This document shows, piece after piece, positions 1 through 10,086 of a stretch of 64,000 nt of DNA. Origin of the DNA: a virus; IMG/VR virus record IMGVR_UViG_3300044624_002142, positions 70,429-134,428 of that record. One strand, written 5' to 3'. The first letter of the stretch is position 1; every line of letters begins with the position of its first letter. Below the pieces are notes generated by a model. The model was not told the origin of the DNA. It saw only the letters and a program-made list of their open reading frames with translations, and made no database searches. Both the position numbers and the translations under genes were made by a program.

Positions 1-146
1 GGAACTACACCTTGTTCTGTATATATGACATAATTACACGACAATGATAAAGTTTCTGGAAGCCATTTTAGATAATCTTGAAATGACCTACCATCACCAT
101 TTTTTTCACGATTAATGTCATACAACGCTGTTACGATTGTTGTCAT
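1..146 (-). CDS. HtrL/YibB (WlaTC)-like glycosyltransferase, N-terminal part; runs off the window edge
   Basis: Not in ORF track; my translation from ATG at 146 is MTTIVTALYDINREKNGDGRSFQDYLKWLPETL..., resembling the HtrL/YibB N-terminal VTALYDI motif; open to position 1. Confidence 0.55.
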   Translation of the reverse strand, partial: MTTIVTALYDINREKNGDGRSFQDYLKWLPETLSLSCNYVIYTEQGVV

Positions 147-864
147 AGAAATATTTAAATTGATGTACGAGTGGATGTGATGTTTTTTGCCAATATGGAT
201 TTCGATTACATTCAACGATCTCACTATTAAATACTTCTTGTTCTCCTTGCAATGCAAATAAAATTGGGAGAATCACATCATGCGCAAAAATAGCGTAAAA
301 AGTTTTTGCAATACGTGGTAAAAAAGTTGGATCTTGTTCCATCACATACTTATGTGATTTCAAAAATGTTTCACAATGAATTATTGCGGGAGTTGCTCCC
401 CAACAATCAATATCGATTGCACCCGATGTTTCTTGAAGTATTTTTCTTAGTGTCCATGGTAATCCGACGTTTATTCTTGATCCTAACAATTTGGCACCGT
501 CTGGAAAAGACAATTCGCCACGAACAAGAGTATCGGGATCCATCAATAATAAATAATCAGATTGACAATATTCTATGGCTTGTTTTACACGATTTAAAAA
601 AGCGTTAGTTGCTACTAATATTTTTTCCTGAAAATGATATTCTAAAAAATTTTCGTGAGTTATTTTAGGAATGAAATACATTGTATCTTCTACATGATTG
701 ATACTAATATGGTTTAATTTAAGTAAATTACTATAATCCGAAGTTTTACTTTCGGTAGTAAGATAAATCTTTGTTGTCGGATATATTTCTCTAAAAGATT
801 TTAAAGAATATTCTACCGCACGTACTTCATTATAACATGTAACTAAAACTCCAAACATGGTCAT
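118..864 (-). CDS. GT-A fold (GT2-like) glycosyltransferase
   Basis: N-terminal VLVTCYNE, DxD (DYLLLMDPD); glycan cluster context. Confidence 0.6.
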   Translation of the reverse strand: MTMFGVLVTCYNEVRAVEYSLKSFREIYPTTKIYLTTESKTSDYSNLLKLNHISINHVEDTMYFIPKITHENFLEYHFQEKILVATNAFLNRVKQAIEYCQSDYLLLMDPDTLVRGELSFPDGAKLLGSRINVGLPWTLRKILQETSGAIDIDCWGATPAIIHCETFLKSHKYVMEQDPTFLPRIAKTFYAIFAHDVILPILFALQGEQEVFNSEIVECNRNPYWQKTSHPLVHQFKYFYDNNRNSVV

Positions 865-903
865 ATCACGATATTATGAATAACGTTTTTAAATGAAGTA
901 GTT

Positions 904-1494
904 TCATAGATTGGAAATAATATCCTCAGGAAATAAATTATCAAAATAATAATGATTTTTTTCAAGAGATGGATGTATCCACCAATCTTCAAATCCAACA
1001 TTTTCTTCTTTTCTACCATTTTTACCTCTTGGAACTTTTACGTTGGATCCAACCAAATGATATCCCTTAGACAATAGAAATTCTCGTTGTCTCTTTTTAT
1101 ATTTATCCCCATATATATAAAAATCGTGTTCTATAGTAATTACATTAAAAGTATAATCGTTGTGGGGAAGAATCAAAAGAGCGTCCAAACTTAATTCATC
1201 AATATCTAAAGACAAATAATCAATTGTTTTTGGAAAATTTTCTTGTTCAAAAACATTTTTGTAGTTTATCTTCAATGCGTCTTGATTGATAAATTTACAT
1301 GTTCTTGAAACATAACTTTGTGTGTATGATGGGTTAATTTCTACACAAATACCTCTCCATCCAAGAGACTCAAAGAAGTATGTATTGTTGGAGTTAATTG
1401 CACCACAACTTCCAATATCTAAGAAATAACCATTACGTTTTCCGTTTAGAATTTTGTGTACAAATTGATCTTGAAACGCGTCTGATTTAAACAT
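904..1494 (-). CDS. FkbM-family SAM methyltransferase
   Basis: QDQFV...GYFLDIG...NNTYFFE..GW.GICVE, IDYLSLDID, ITIEH motifs. Confidence 0.8.
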   Translation of the reverse strand: MFKSDAFQDQFVHKILNGKRNGYFLDIGSCGAINSNNTYFFESLGWRGICVEINPSYTQSYVSRTCKFINQDALKINYKNVFEQENFPKTIDYLSLDIDELSLDALLILPHNDYTFNVITIEHDFYIYGDKYKKRQREFLLSKGYHLVGSNVKVPRGKNGRKEENVGFEDWWIHPSLEKNHYYFDNLFPEDIISNL

Positions 1495-1497
1495 AAA

Positions 1498-2460
1498 TTA
1501 TAAAATTGAAAATAAACTATTGATTCTGTTTATATATGTATGATTTTCTTTTACGTACAACATTGATTTTTTGATAAAATCATAATTTTTACGATTTTGC
1601 ATACCTATACTAAAAAGTTCGGTAGGATCGGAATTGTATAAACAATTTCCTTCCATTTCATTGTATATTTCTTGAGAATTAGTTAATCCAATATGTCCAT
1701 AACTGACGTTTTTGAATATTCTGCACGTAATTATGCCGGTCTTAACGTGTTCCGGTCCACGAATATCAATACCCAACAATGATTTTTGAACAAGTTCTTT
1801 TACTTTGTCGTCTGATATTGGATTTTTCCATGGATCGTTGTGATAGAACGTAATGTTATTGTGTTTACATTGTTGTATAAATGGAAACCAATTACTCATA
1901 TTTTCACATACGCCTGAATTTGAAAGACTTCCGCAGAAATAAATTGCGTTTTCTCTAGGAAGATAAACATCATCAAGATTAAATTCTTGTGGTAATAGAT
2001 TTGTTGCCCAACTCAAATAAAATTTGTCAAAATCATCAATGGTATAATCAACATAATCGTTTTTGATACGTACTTTATCGTTGGTTTTTGGAATAAAATA
2101 ACATGATGGTCCAACTTTTTGAGTTGTATTTTTGTCAACTGAATATTCATGAATGTGATCTTTGTGATTTTTTGCTACACATCTAACATCAATATATCGT
2201 TTAACACCTGCATCTAAATACTTCTTTGGAGACGGACAATACATCACAAAGTATGTACTTGTATTATTTAGAGGAATGTTCTGATCAGCAAATCCTTCAG
2301 TGATAAAAATACAATTGGAATAGTCAAAATCTTTGGGATAATCTTTGTCATGAAACCAATGTACTTCGTGACCCATATGAGACGCTGCTTTGTAGTATGA
2401 AGAATGAACATACGAATGAGTATGTGAATAAAGAGGATGACCCCAAATAACTATTTTCAT
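1498..2460 (-). CDS. Putative GT-B glycosyltransferase (CgeB/YkvP-like C-terminus)
   Basis: C-terminal CRIFKNVSYG...YVKENHTYINRI pattern; glycan cluster. Confidence 0.5.
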   Translation of the reverse strand: MKIVIWGHPLYSHTHSYVHSSYYKAASHMGHEVHWFHDKDYPKDFDYSNCIFITEGFADQNIPLNNTSTYFVMYCPSPKKYLDAGVKRYIDVRCVAKNHKDHIHEYSVDKNTTQKVGPSCYFIPKTNDKVRIKNDYVDYTIDDFDKFYLSWATNLLPQEFNLDDVYLPRENAIYFCGSLSNSGVCENMSNWFPFIQQCKHNNITFYHNDPWKNPISDDKVKELVQKSLLGIDIRGPEHVKTGIITCRIFKNVSYGHIGLTNSQEIYNEMEGNCLYNSDPTELFSIGMQNRKNYDFIKKSMLYVKENHTYINRINSLFSIL

Positions 2461-3167
2461 GTGAGTGACGCTCCTTTAAATCGTGGATATTCCACCATAT
2501 TTTTATCTTTATGAACCATTAGTTTGTTAACAGGCAAATCCCAATGTTCTGGATATGACATACTAGGACTTAAAATAGCCGTATCGGTTCGATGATCAAC
2601 TATAAATTTGTTTAGGTGAGATTCATCATGCCATACTGCAATGATATTGTTTTGAAGATCCGTACTGATGTTATTCTTCATTAAATTGACCATATATTCG
2701 ATGTGACTTCCTTTTGCACCCCATACACATCCTTGAACGTATACACAATTATGTTTTTCTGGAATATATGCGGTTGAATTAACATTAGTCTCGACTGGCC
2801 AGAACTTTTGATTTAAAATCACAGACGGATGACAAACCGCAAAATACTTCTTTTGTCCAACATCAAAATTACTCAATGTATCTACAAATTCCATATCACT
2901 ATCAATATAGAAAATATAATCATATTGAGACAACTCTTTTAAACATTCGGATATAAATTCAAATCGTTTGAGAGTAATATATGGCCATGGTTCATGATTG
3001 ATCTTGTACCACTTTATAGAATCATCAAACCAGTCTAATTTTTCATCGGTAAAGAAGTAAAAGTCTTTTTGAACATGTGGAATAAAATATTTTTGGATAG
3101 AAGTCCACAATGGATGTAGAAACGTTTTATATTTATTTGTGGCCAACGTAATAACGGCAATCTTCAT
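2457..3167 (-). CDS. GT6 family (ABO-like alpha-1,3-Gal/GalNAc) glycosyltransferase
   Basis: IAVITLATNKY, YFFTD, WPYITLKRF, YIDSD, WHDESHLNK motifs characteristic of GT6. Confidence 0.85.
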   Translation of the reverse strand: MKIAVITLATNKYKTFLHPLWTSIQKYFIPHVQKDFYFFTDEKLDWFDDSIKWYKINHEPWPYITLKRFEFISECLKELSQYDYIFYIDSDMEFVDTLSNFDVGQKKYFAVCHPSVILNQKFWPVETNVNSTAYIPEKHNCVYVQGCVWGAKGSHIEYMVNLMKNNISTDLQNNIIAVWHDESHLNKFIVDHRTDTAILSPSMSYPEHWDLPVNKLMVHKDKNMVEYPRFKGASLT

Positions 3168-3170
3168 AAC

Positions 3171-4001
3171 TTAATAATTGGTCAGATACTTGACATCTGT
3201 ATAATAGGTATTTAACTGATCTTGATTCATATCACTCAGTTTTTTATATAAATCGTTGTTAGATTTAAAGTATGGGTTTTTGTCGCTGGAATCAGATCCA
3301 CGACAATGTTCAACATGATATACAAATCCTTTATCAAGATGGGTAACCATAGTATCAAATTTTTTGAATCGTTCATATCGTTCACGATCTTCTGGACCAT
3401 ATGAGATAAAATGTTCATTCTCCCAACCATACTTTTTATATGTGGAAGTATTAAAGAACTGACAGTGACCGTATTCCGAAATACAATCCGAATAATCATG
3501 AGAGGTAAGTTCCACAAGTGACCCTTGGTTTAATAACTTTTCTCTACCAGATGTGTTAACTTTCTTTTGAAACTTGCCTATTGCAAATGGATAAACTAAA
3601 TCATGATTTTGTCGGATGATCTTTTTGTACGCTTGTAGATATGATTCTATTGGAAGAATTACATCTGCATCATAATTAACTGTTATTGTTGTGTTTGATA
3701 ACGATAACATTCGGTTTAAGTATCTTGTTCTATGAAACGAGTCATCTGGTACGTTTTGATGAATGTATGTTACGTCATCTTTGATTACCGATGGTATAAC
3801 CGCTTCTTTTGAACATTCATATACGATGATGTTTGTTTCAAAATTACGACGTAAATATTCATATACAATAGTGAAGTTTTTCTTTCGGTCTTCACTTTCA
3901 ATACAAACGGGTATGATAAATGTACAATCTTGTAATGGAATTAAACCATCTGTGATTGTTTTCGCTTTTTGTATTGTTTGAATTTCTTTCGGAATTTTCA
4001 T
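3171..4001 (-). CDS. GT2/GT7C galactosyltransferase-like protein
   Basis: TFIIPV, NYDADV, GWENEHFISYGPED; start moved to ATG 4001 (ATGA overlap with upstream stop). Confidence 0.7.
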   Translation of the reverse strand: MKIPKEIQTIQKAKTITDGLIPLQDCTFIIPVCIESEDRKKNFTIVYEYLRRNFETNIIVYECSKEAVIPSVIKDDVTYIHQNVPDDSFHRTRYLNRMLSLSNTTITVNYDADVILPIESYLQAYKKIIRQNHDLVYPFAIGKFQKKVNTSGREKLLNQGSLVELTSHDYSDCISEYGHCQFFNTSTYKKYGWENEHFISYGPEDRERYERFKKFDTMVTHLDKGFVYHVEHCRGSDSSDKNPYFKSNNDLYKKLSDMNQDQLNTYYTDVKYLTNY

Positions 4002-4813
4002 ATTACAATCCAACCGGGAACATATAAATCTTTTGTGTTTAACGGAACATTTGGACCAAACCATCGTGATGGAGCAATAACTTTTTTATTTGTATTTACA
4101 TTTAACCACGCACCCCACCAACTAAATGTACTGTTAGCAATAATGTTATGATTACATAGTGTCATAAGACACATATCAACAAACTGATTGTGAGATTCTG
4201 ATATAAAAAAGTTATCACTTCCTACAAATGTAGACTTTGCCCATTCAATATCATCAGATACAACAATGAAATTGTACGACTTATCCGTGAAATGACTTAA
4301 TGCATTTGTATAATAGTTTAAATCACATGTGCCGTGATGTTTATATTTTAAATAATCACCTCGACGAACATGGATTGCAACCGTTTCATATTCTTGTTTA
4401 TCTTTGAGATATGAATTTGCAGTATTAATGATTTCTGGTCTAAACGTGAATTCTGAACGTACCGATGATTCAATGTGTTTAAAATACTTTTCCGTTTGAA
4501 AGTATCCATTTAAATGTACATTATCTCCCGTGTTAAAAAATTGGGGAATAAAATGATAGTTAGAATATTCTTCATTGATAATATTGTACTTTTCATCACA
4601 ATGTAAGGCCGACAATTGAAATGGCTTTGTTAAAACCAATGTATTTTTATTGATTTCTTCGTCGTCTGTAAAATCATTCCATGAAATTTTATTACCATTA
4701 TAGTAATTAATTCCATATAAACAGTTTTGTTTAGTTGCAATACCCATTAATGATGCGTATTGAAACATTTGATTACCAAACCGCCCATTCGTTCCAATAG
4801 TTATTGTGATCAT
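3998..4813 (-). CDS. GT11 alpha-1,2-fucosyltransferase
   Basis: GRFGNQMFQYA, GYFQTEKYF, HVRRGDY, IIANSTFSWWGAWL. Confidence 0.9.
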   Translation of the reverse strand: MITITIGTNGRFGNQMFQYASLMGIATKQNCLYGINYYNGNKISWNDFTDDEEINKNTLVLTKPFQLSALHCDEKYNIINEEYSNYHFIPQFFNTGDNVHLNGYFQTEKYFKHIESSVRSEFTFRPEIINTANSYLKDKQEYETVAIHVRRGDYLKYKHHGTCDLNYYTNALSHFTDKSYNFIVVSDDIEWAKSTFVGSDNFFISESHNQFVDMCLMTLCNHNIIANSTFSWWGAWLNVNTNKKVIAPSRWFGPNVPLNTKDLYVPGWIVI

Positions 4814-5463
4814 GTTGCTCTGTAATTGTCTTCTGTTGAGAATTCACTGATATATCGTTTATTATCTTCTCTCTGTTTTTTAATTGTTTTATTATGAAAC
4901 AATGACAACTCTTCCATAGCCGGAATACGAGTAAATTCTTTAAATCCTACAATTGTTTCATGTAATTTACGATCCCACTTAATATTAGGTAAGTTTTTGT
5001 AAATACGTGATTGATAGTCTGGCCAATTAATACGACCTTTGTCATCAACTCGCCATCCGTAATTTCTAACATCTTCTTGAGTAACTCCATAAAATGCATT
5101 AACTCTAGGAACCCAAAACATTTCACATGATGGATTTGATTTTAATAATGTGTATAAGTTTACCAACAATATTTCATTAGGAAGTTCATCTGCATCTATT
5201 TGAAATACATATTCACCATCACATTGTCGTGTTCCATAAGTTTTGTGTGCACCATAATCTTTATTGAGATGGTGTGCAACCAATTTAACACCAACTACTG
5301 ATTGATATTCATGTAATACTTCTAAAGTAATTGGATCGGTAGAATAATCATCTAATACTACAATTTGATTTCCGTCTGAGTACTTTAATAATAGAGATAA
5401 AAGGGTGCGCAATTGTGCACCCTCATTATGACATGTAACTAAATAAGATATAAATGGTATCAT
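4810..5463 (-). CDS. GT2 family glycosyltransferase
   Basis: ISYLVTCHNE, LDDYSTD, FQIDADE, WPDYQSRIY, LHE. Confidence 0.8.
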   Translation of the reverse strand: MIPFISYLVTCHNEGAQLRTLLSLLLKYSDGNQIVVLDDYSTDPITLEVLHEYQSVVGVKLVAHHLNKDYGAHKTYGTRQCDGEYVFQIDADELPNEILLVNLYTLLKSNPSCEMFWVPRVNAFYGVTQEDVRNYGWRVDDKGRINWPDYQSRIYKNLPNIKWDRKLHETIVGFKEFTRIPAMEELSLFHNKTIKKQREDNKRYISEFSTEDNYRAT

Positions 5464-6779
5464 ACCGATATCTTAGAAACTGGTGGAAGTGATGGAAGTT
5501 TTAATTGTGGAATCACAATTTTTTGTTCAATTGCAAATTGAGGAACGTATTTGTCAAGAATTCCATGTAGTACTTTATCCATAGATTGTGTAGAAAAAGA
5601 TTCAGCATTTCGTTTAGCAAGTTCCAATGCGTTTGTTTTCGTTTTGTGATTCAGACTAAAATAAATCTGTTTCATACGTTCTTCTGCCAAACTATATGAT
5701 ACTGTAAACCATGCTGATTCTTTGATTAACCATTGATTTACAGATGCCGGATTGATTGTATCAACTTTACCCGGCAATAAACATTCTTTATTGGAATTCA
5801 AGAAATCCAAATGTCCACTCCAATCAGATGCAAGAATTGGTTTACCACTGAGCGAGGCTAACAACAGAGGATGCCCAAATCCTTCACCGTGTGTAAAATT
5901 TATATGACACTTCACTTTTTCATGATTGAAAAGTGCATTCATTTCAGTGTCAGTAAGTTCTCCATGAATCAAATATATGTTAGGCTTATCACCCTTAATT
6001 TGTGATTCAATTGATTTGATTTTATTTAATATTTCATCTTTATCTATCTTGGAATAATTAACACCACTTGTTTTTAAGATCAAACATGGTTTTTGAATAC
6101 GATCTTTAAATACGTTAATAAAGGTTTTAATCAAGTTGCCAATATCTTTGCGGTCATGATATGGATTCGAATGTGTCCATTGACCAACAAACAAAAATGC
6201 AAATGACTCTGGAATTGTTGACATAATTTGTTCAACCGATTGAACTTTTTCATTCGTAATTTTATATAGATCAGTATTGGCTCCCCAGAAACACACTTCC
6301 ATGGGTTTTATGTTACGTAGTTGTTCTTTACGTCCACTTCCGTCTTTATATTCCTTAGTATAGTCTGCATCATCAAATACCTTCTTGGAATGACGAGATG
6401 TAACAATGTTCATGTCCATTTTGTTTAGACCTTCAATCCATTCTCCTGCAGCTGCCGTGGTTTCAATTCCAGCCGTCATTCCAATATTGTACTTGCCAAT
6501 AGGTTTAAACTCATTTGGAATTGATATTTGAATAAACAGATCTGGTTGACGGTTAATAGGTTCTTTCAACATCTTATCAAATAACGCAAGGTTGAGTGGA
6601 TCGTTATAATCCAAATCATCTTGAAAACGTTTCACGGGATTTGCACCCCACTTGGTGTTTGCAATTCTTAAATCGTACTTATCGTAACGTAGAATACTTT
6701 TAGCAACATCTTTTGCCCAGTCACCGTAGCCACTTCGACTAAAGACTGGTCCTTGTATAACACATAACGGTTTACTCAT
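5460..6779 (-). CDS. GT4-like (GT-B) glycosyltransferase
   Basis: SRSGYG, FLFVGQW, RKDIG, HGEGFGHPLLLASLSGKP.L..DWSGHLDF. Confidence 0.75.
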   Translation of the reverse strand: MSKPLCVIQGPVFSRSGYGDWAKDVAKSILRYDKYDLRIANTKWGANPVKRFQDDLDYNDPLNLALFDKMLKEPINRQPDLFIQISIPNEFKPIGKYNIGMTAGIETTAAAGEWIEGLNKMDMNIVTSRHSKKVFDDADYTKEYKDGSGRKEQLRNIKPMEVCFWGANTDLYKITNEKVQSVEQIMSTIPESFAFLFVGQWTHSNPYHDRKDIGNLIKTFINVFKDRIQKPCLILKTSGVNYSKIDKDEILNKIKSIESQIKGDKPNIYLIHGELTDTEMNALFNHEKVKCHINFTHGEGFGHPLLLASLSGKPILASDWSGHLDFLNSNKECLLPGKVDTINPASVNQWLIKESAWFTVSYSLAEERMKQIYFSLNHKTKTNALELAKRNAESFSTQSMDKVLHGILDKYVPQFAIEQKIVIPQLKLPSLPPVSKISV

Positions 6780-6780
6780 A

Positions 6781-7356
6781 TTAATTTCCAAAAAGTTTGT
6801 TGTCTCTTTCTTTAATCACTTCACTATATTTTTTAATGTTAGTATCAAAATTTGCTTCTTTTATTTTAAGCAAATCTTCAATAGTTTTTCCTGATGTAGT
6901 TGGTGTTGTAGTTGACTTGTTTATGTCAGTACTTCCAAATCCACCAACACCACGTTGAGTCGAATTCAAATCATCAACCTCGATAAAACCTCCTACTGCG
7001 GTGCCACATCCTTCTATAATAATTTGAGCAATAGCGGTTTCTTTATCATCCTTAATAATTGGTAATTTAACGGGTTTATCACCTAGATTGATAAGGGCAA
7101 CTAGTATTTCTCCACGATAGTCACTATCAATAACTCCTGCGAGAACATCGATACCGTACTTTACAGCAAGTCCGCTACGAGGTGCAACTCGACCATAAAA
7201 ACCTTCTGGAATAGCTAATGCAATATCGGTCTTAAAAGCCTTACGTTCACCCGGCTTTAGTTCGTATGATTCTGTAGTATACAAATCATAACCAGCAGCA
7301 CCAACGCTTCCTTTGTTAGGAATAACCGCTTTATCAGATAGTTTTTTTATATTCAT
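6781..7356 (-). CDS. dut: Trimeric dUTPase with C-terminal extension
   Basis: AGYDL, PRSGLA, GVIDSDYRGEI, IAQII, RGVGGFGST: all five motifs. Confidence 0.95.
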   Translation of the reverse strand: MNIKKLSDKAVIPNKGSVGAAGYDLYTTESYELKPGERKAFKTDIALAIPEGFYGRVAPRSGLAVKYGIDVLAGVIDSDYRGEILVALINLGDKPVKLPIIKDDKETAIAQIIIEGCGTAVGGFIEVDDLNSTQRGVGGFGSTDINKSTTTPTTSGKTIEDLLKIKEANFDTNIKKYSEVIKERDNKLFGN

Positions 7357-8324
7357 TCTATTTCCTTTTTTACTTTTTCAATATCTATTTTTCCAAAATT
7401 AACTCCCATACAATTATCAGGTTGTGAGTGTCCAACGTGTTCTTTAGTGGTATGAATACTAAATGGATTACATGGAATAAAGTTTTGTAATGTATAGTCC
7501 ATTGCTTTAATCAATTCATTACACATATGTTTTGAATTTAATCCACCTTCGTTCAAAGCCCATTTACGACCTTCTTCACCACGTCGTATACGTTCTTCAT
7601 TTGGGATTAGATACCAATACATCATTGCTTCAGCGATATCACGACAATCTACCATGTCGTCAAAAATATATGGAGTTTGATTACTTCCATGAGTATCCAA
7701 TACCTTTGGCCAAATTGGCTTTGCCCAAACACCATGCTTCTTATACTTTCCAATGTTATTGGTAGCAAATTCCTTAGTAAATTCTACTGGGTTTCCATCA
7801 TCATCCATTTGACCGATTTGATCTTGAAGTCCACCTGTTACATTAACAATTACAGGTGTTCCCGCCATAATTGATTCTGCAATACTCAGACCAAATCCCT
7901 CATTACTTGAAACATTAATTGTAACATCTGCCATATTGTACATTAAGTTCATGTCATTTGAACTAATTTTTTGGTTTGAAAAATAAACATCATAATCGTA
8001 ACAAAGTGATTCTTTAACCGCTGGAAGATCTGTACCATGTCCAGCTTGACCAATAACTTCTGTATGAAGAACCAAACAAACTTTTTTAGACTCTTCTTTT
8101 GGAAGACTATCGCAGAATATACGATATGCCAAAATTACATTTGATACTTGTTTGCGTTTGACATTACGACTATTAAAAAATATAATGTAGTTATATTCAT
8201 TACCCTTAAAGAATTTCTTTACACCTTCTGAAAAGATTTTATCTGTTTTTTCAATGGGTTTGAATACCTGACTATTAATTCCATGAGGTACATAATGTAA
8301 AAGTGTTTTTCCTTTAACTGACAT
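7353..8324 (-). CDS. GT4 glycosyltransferase, C-terminal half of an apparently split gene
   Basis: YVPHGIN, NSRNVKRK, SSNEGFGLSIAESIMAGTPVI. Confidence 0.75.
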   Translation of the reverse strand: MSVKGKTLLHYVPHGINSQVFKPIEKTDKIFSEGVKKFFKGNEYNYIIFFNSRNVKRKQVSNVILAYRIFCDSLPKEESKKVCLVLHTEVIGQAGHGTDLPAVKESLCYDYDVYFSNQKISSNDMNLMYNMADVTINVSSNEGFGLSIAESIMAGTPVIVNVTGGLQDQIGQMDDDGNPVEFTKEFATNNIGKYKKHGVWAKPIWPKVLDTHGSNQTPYIFDDMVDCRDIAEAMMYWYLIPNEERIRRGEEGRKWALNEGGLNSKHMCNELIKAMDYTLQNFIPCNPFSIHTTKEHVGHSQPDNCMGVNFGKIDIEKVKKEIE

Positions 8325-8325
8325 A

Positions 8326-8877
8326 TTAAGCGTTCTCCTTTATGATATTACCGTTATTATCTAGATCACCATAAATTGTGGTACAATTGTTTGGTCCTAA
8401 TACCCACTTGTTAATATTGTATGTTTGTTTGCTAATGCTAAATAATGTATCACAACTTTCATAAAATGGTTTATTCCACATAGGATATGGTAGATCATCC
8501 CAGATGTTTAAATATGTAAGAGGAATCTTCTTTCTAATTTCACGTTCAATCGCATATAACCATGTCCAATAACGTGGATCGGTAAAATGCATTATTGCAT
8601 CGGGATTTTCACGTGCCATAACAGCGTATAGAAAATCTTCATTACCATAACCGGATACTGGATACAAAACAAGAGATGCATCTTTGACGTTTGTACTTTT
8701 TTGTATTTCCTCACTTGCGTTAATTGATTTACCTTGATCCGGGTGATTTACTGCCCCTGCGATTTGTACCCAATCATAATGGTGAATAGTTCCCATGATC
8801 AATTCACGACTCATAGTAGATACACCACTATGCATACGCATATCATCACTCAATAATAAAATTTTCTTTTTTGCCAT
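8326..8877 (-). CDS. GT4 glycosyltransferase, N-terminal half of an apparently split gene
   Basis: KILLLSDD..MHSGV, PDAIMHFTDPR, WDDLPYP, SISKQT; acceptor-binding domain only. Confidence 0.7.
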   Translation of the reverse strand: MAKKKILLLSDDMRMHSGVSTMSRELIMGTIHHYDWVQIAGAVNHPDQGKSINASEEIQKSTNVKDASLVLYPVSGYGNEDFLYAVMARENPDAIMHFTDPRYWTWLYAIEREIRKKIPLTYLNIWDDLPYPMWNKPFYESCDTLFSISKQTYNINKWVLGPNNCTTIYGDLDNNGNIIKENA

Positions 8878-8891
8878 AACTTTTAATAAAT

Positions 8892-9119
8892 TTAATCGGC
8901 TGTACGTTTTATACTTGGTAGTATCGTTTTTTGACTTTCTTGTGATAACGAAGAAATGTTATAGTTATATACTGTGTTTCTAAAAGAATCATCTTGAAGA
9001 TACAAATATAACGAACGATTTACCAACTCTTGAAAATTAAATTTTTGGTTTATATTTAATTCTTTAAATTTAATGTAAGCGTCGTTATCAACTTTAACGC
9101 TAGTTAGTACTTTTGACAT
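8892..9119 (-). CDS. Small putative ribbon-helix-helix DNA-binding protein (75 aa)
   Basis: Start moved to ATG 9119: MSKVLTSVKV (beta strand) followed by two amphipathic helices (..FQELVNRSLYLY). Confidence 0.5.
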   Translation of the reverse strand: MSKVLTSVKVDNDAYIKFKELNINQKFNFQELVNRSLYLYLQDDSFRNTVYNYNISSLSQESQKTILPSIKRTAD

Positions 9120-9120
9120 A

Positions 9121-9148
9121 GTTTTGTATATACGTATATATACAAAAC
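9121..9148. promoter_or_regulatory. Perfect 12-bp inverted repeat (candidate operator) immediately upstream of the RHH-like gene
   Basis: GTTTTGTATATA-cgta-TATATACAAAAC, 1 nt before the ATG at 9119. Confidence 0.45.
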
Positions 9149-9162
9149 AAAAAACTTTATTT

Positions 9163-10080
9163 TTAATTGTCTTCGTTTTCGTCTTTAGTTTCTTTAGCAT
9201 CACAATTGGTTTTGTAATGTGTACAATACTTACAATTTTTCTTTGCCTTACCCGGAACCTTTGGATAATAACCATCTTCTTTATACGTTCCTTCAGAGGT
9301 AAAACATTCGTCGATAAACGATGTAAATGTCACTAATGATTTGGCAACATAATTTTTGGAGTTTGATGGTTCAAATATTTGAATTCGACTTTGTGGAAAA
9401 TTTGAATTTTCATACAACTTGCGTTTCAAAATGAAGAACTCAACATCAATTGCATCAAGAGGAACATTAAACTGTTTTGAGTAAAATGCCTTATATAACA
9501 ACAATTGAGAATATTTGCTTTCATCTGCGGTTTGATATTTGTTCCAACCCATTGCACTTGTTTTAAAATCCCAAATTTTATATTTGCCGGTGGTTTTGTC
9601 ACGTAGAATCAAATCAACATACGCAATAAACCGAATATTATTCTTGATAGGAACATCCAATGGAAGTTCAACCCCAATGAATTCATATTTTCTACTGGGG
9701 AAATACTTGATTCGATTTGCGGAGCTACTAAACGTTTTCAAGATATCTTCACCGTCAAATAGAAATTCAGTAATATCATCATCTGTAAATGGATCTTTGA
9801 TAGTATGTTTTTCTTCGGCCAGAATTTGATTAAATTCGTCACGAAACTTTTTAATCAAATCAATTTTATCAGAGATTTCAGGCCCTTCTGTATAAAGTGA
9901 TTTGATATACTCTTGAATTGTATTATGAATTGCGGTGCCAAAACAAGTACTTAAACTTGCTTCATATACCCGTAAACCCTTTAAATAATTCAGATACCAA
10001 CTGTGTGGACACTTGAACCACCCAGAATATTGTGAAAAGCTTACGGTTTTTTTATTTTTTTCTTCTATAATCTCAGACAT
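9163..10080 (-). CDS. PD-(D/E)XK nuclease, Cas4/AddB-like with four Cys
   Basis: SFSQY..WFKCP, FGTAIH, YVDL..., WDFKT, QLLLY, CKYC...C. Confidence 0.8.
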   Translation of the reverse strand: MSEIIEEKNKKTVSFSQYSGWFKCPHSWYLNYLKGLRVYEASLSTCFGTAIHNTIQEYIKSLYTEGPEISDKIDLIKKFRDEFNQILAEEKHTIKDPFTDDDITEFLFDGEDILKTFSSSANRIKYFPSRKYEFIGVELPLDVPIKNNIRFIAYVDLILRDKTTGKYKIWDFKTSAMGWNKYQTADESKYSQLLLYKAFYSKQFNVPLDAIDVEFFILKRKLYENSNFPQSRIQIFEPSNSKNYVAKSLVTFTSFIDECFTSEGTYKEDGYYPKVPGKAKKNCKYCTHYKTNCDAKETKDENEDN

Positions 10081-10086
10081 ACTTAT

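Noticed and set aside
9163-10080. Cas4-like nuclease as evidence of a CRISPR-Cas system
   Set aside because: No repeat-spacer array or other cas genes visible; stand-alone Cas4-like nucleases are common phage recombination genes
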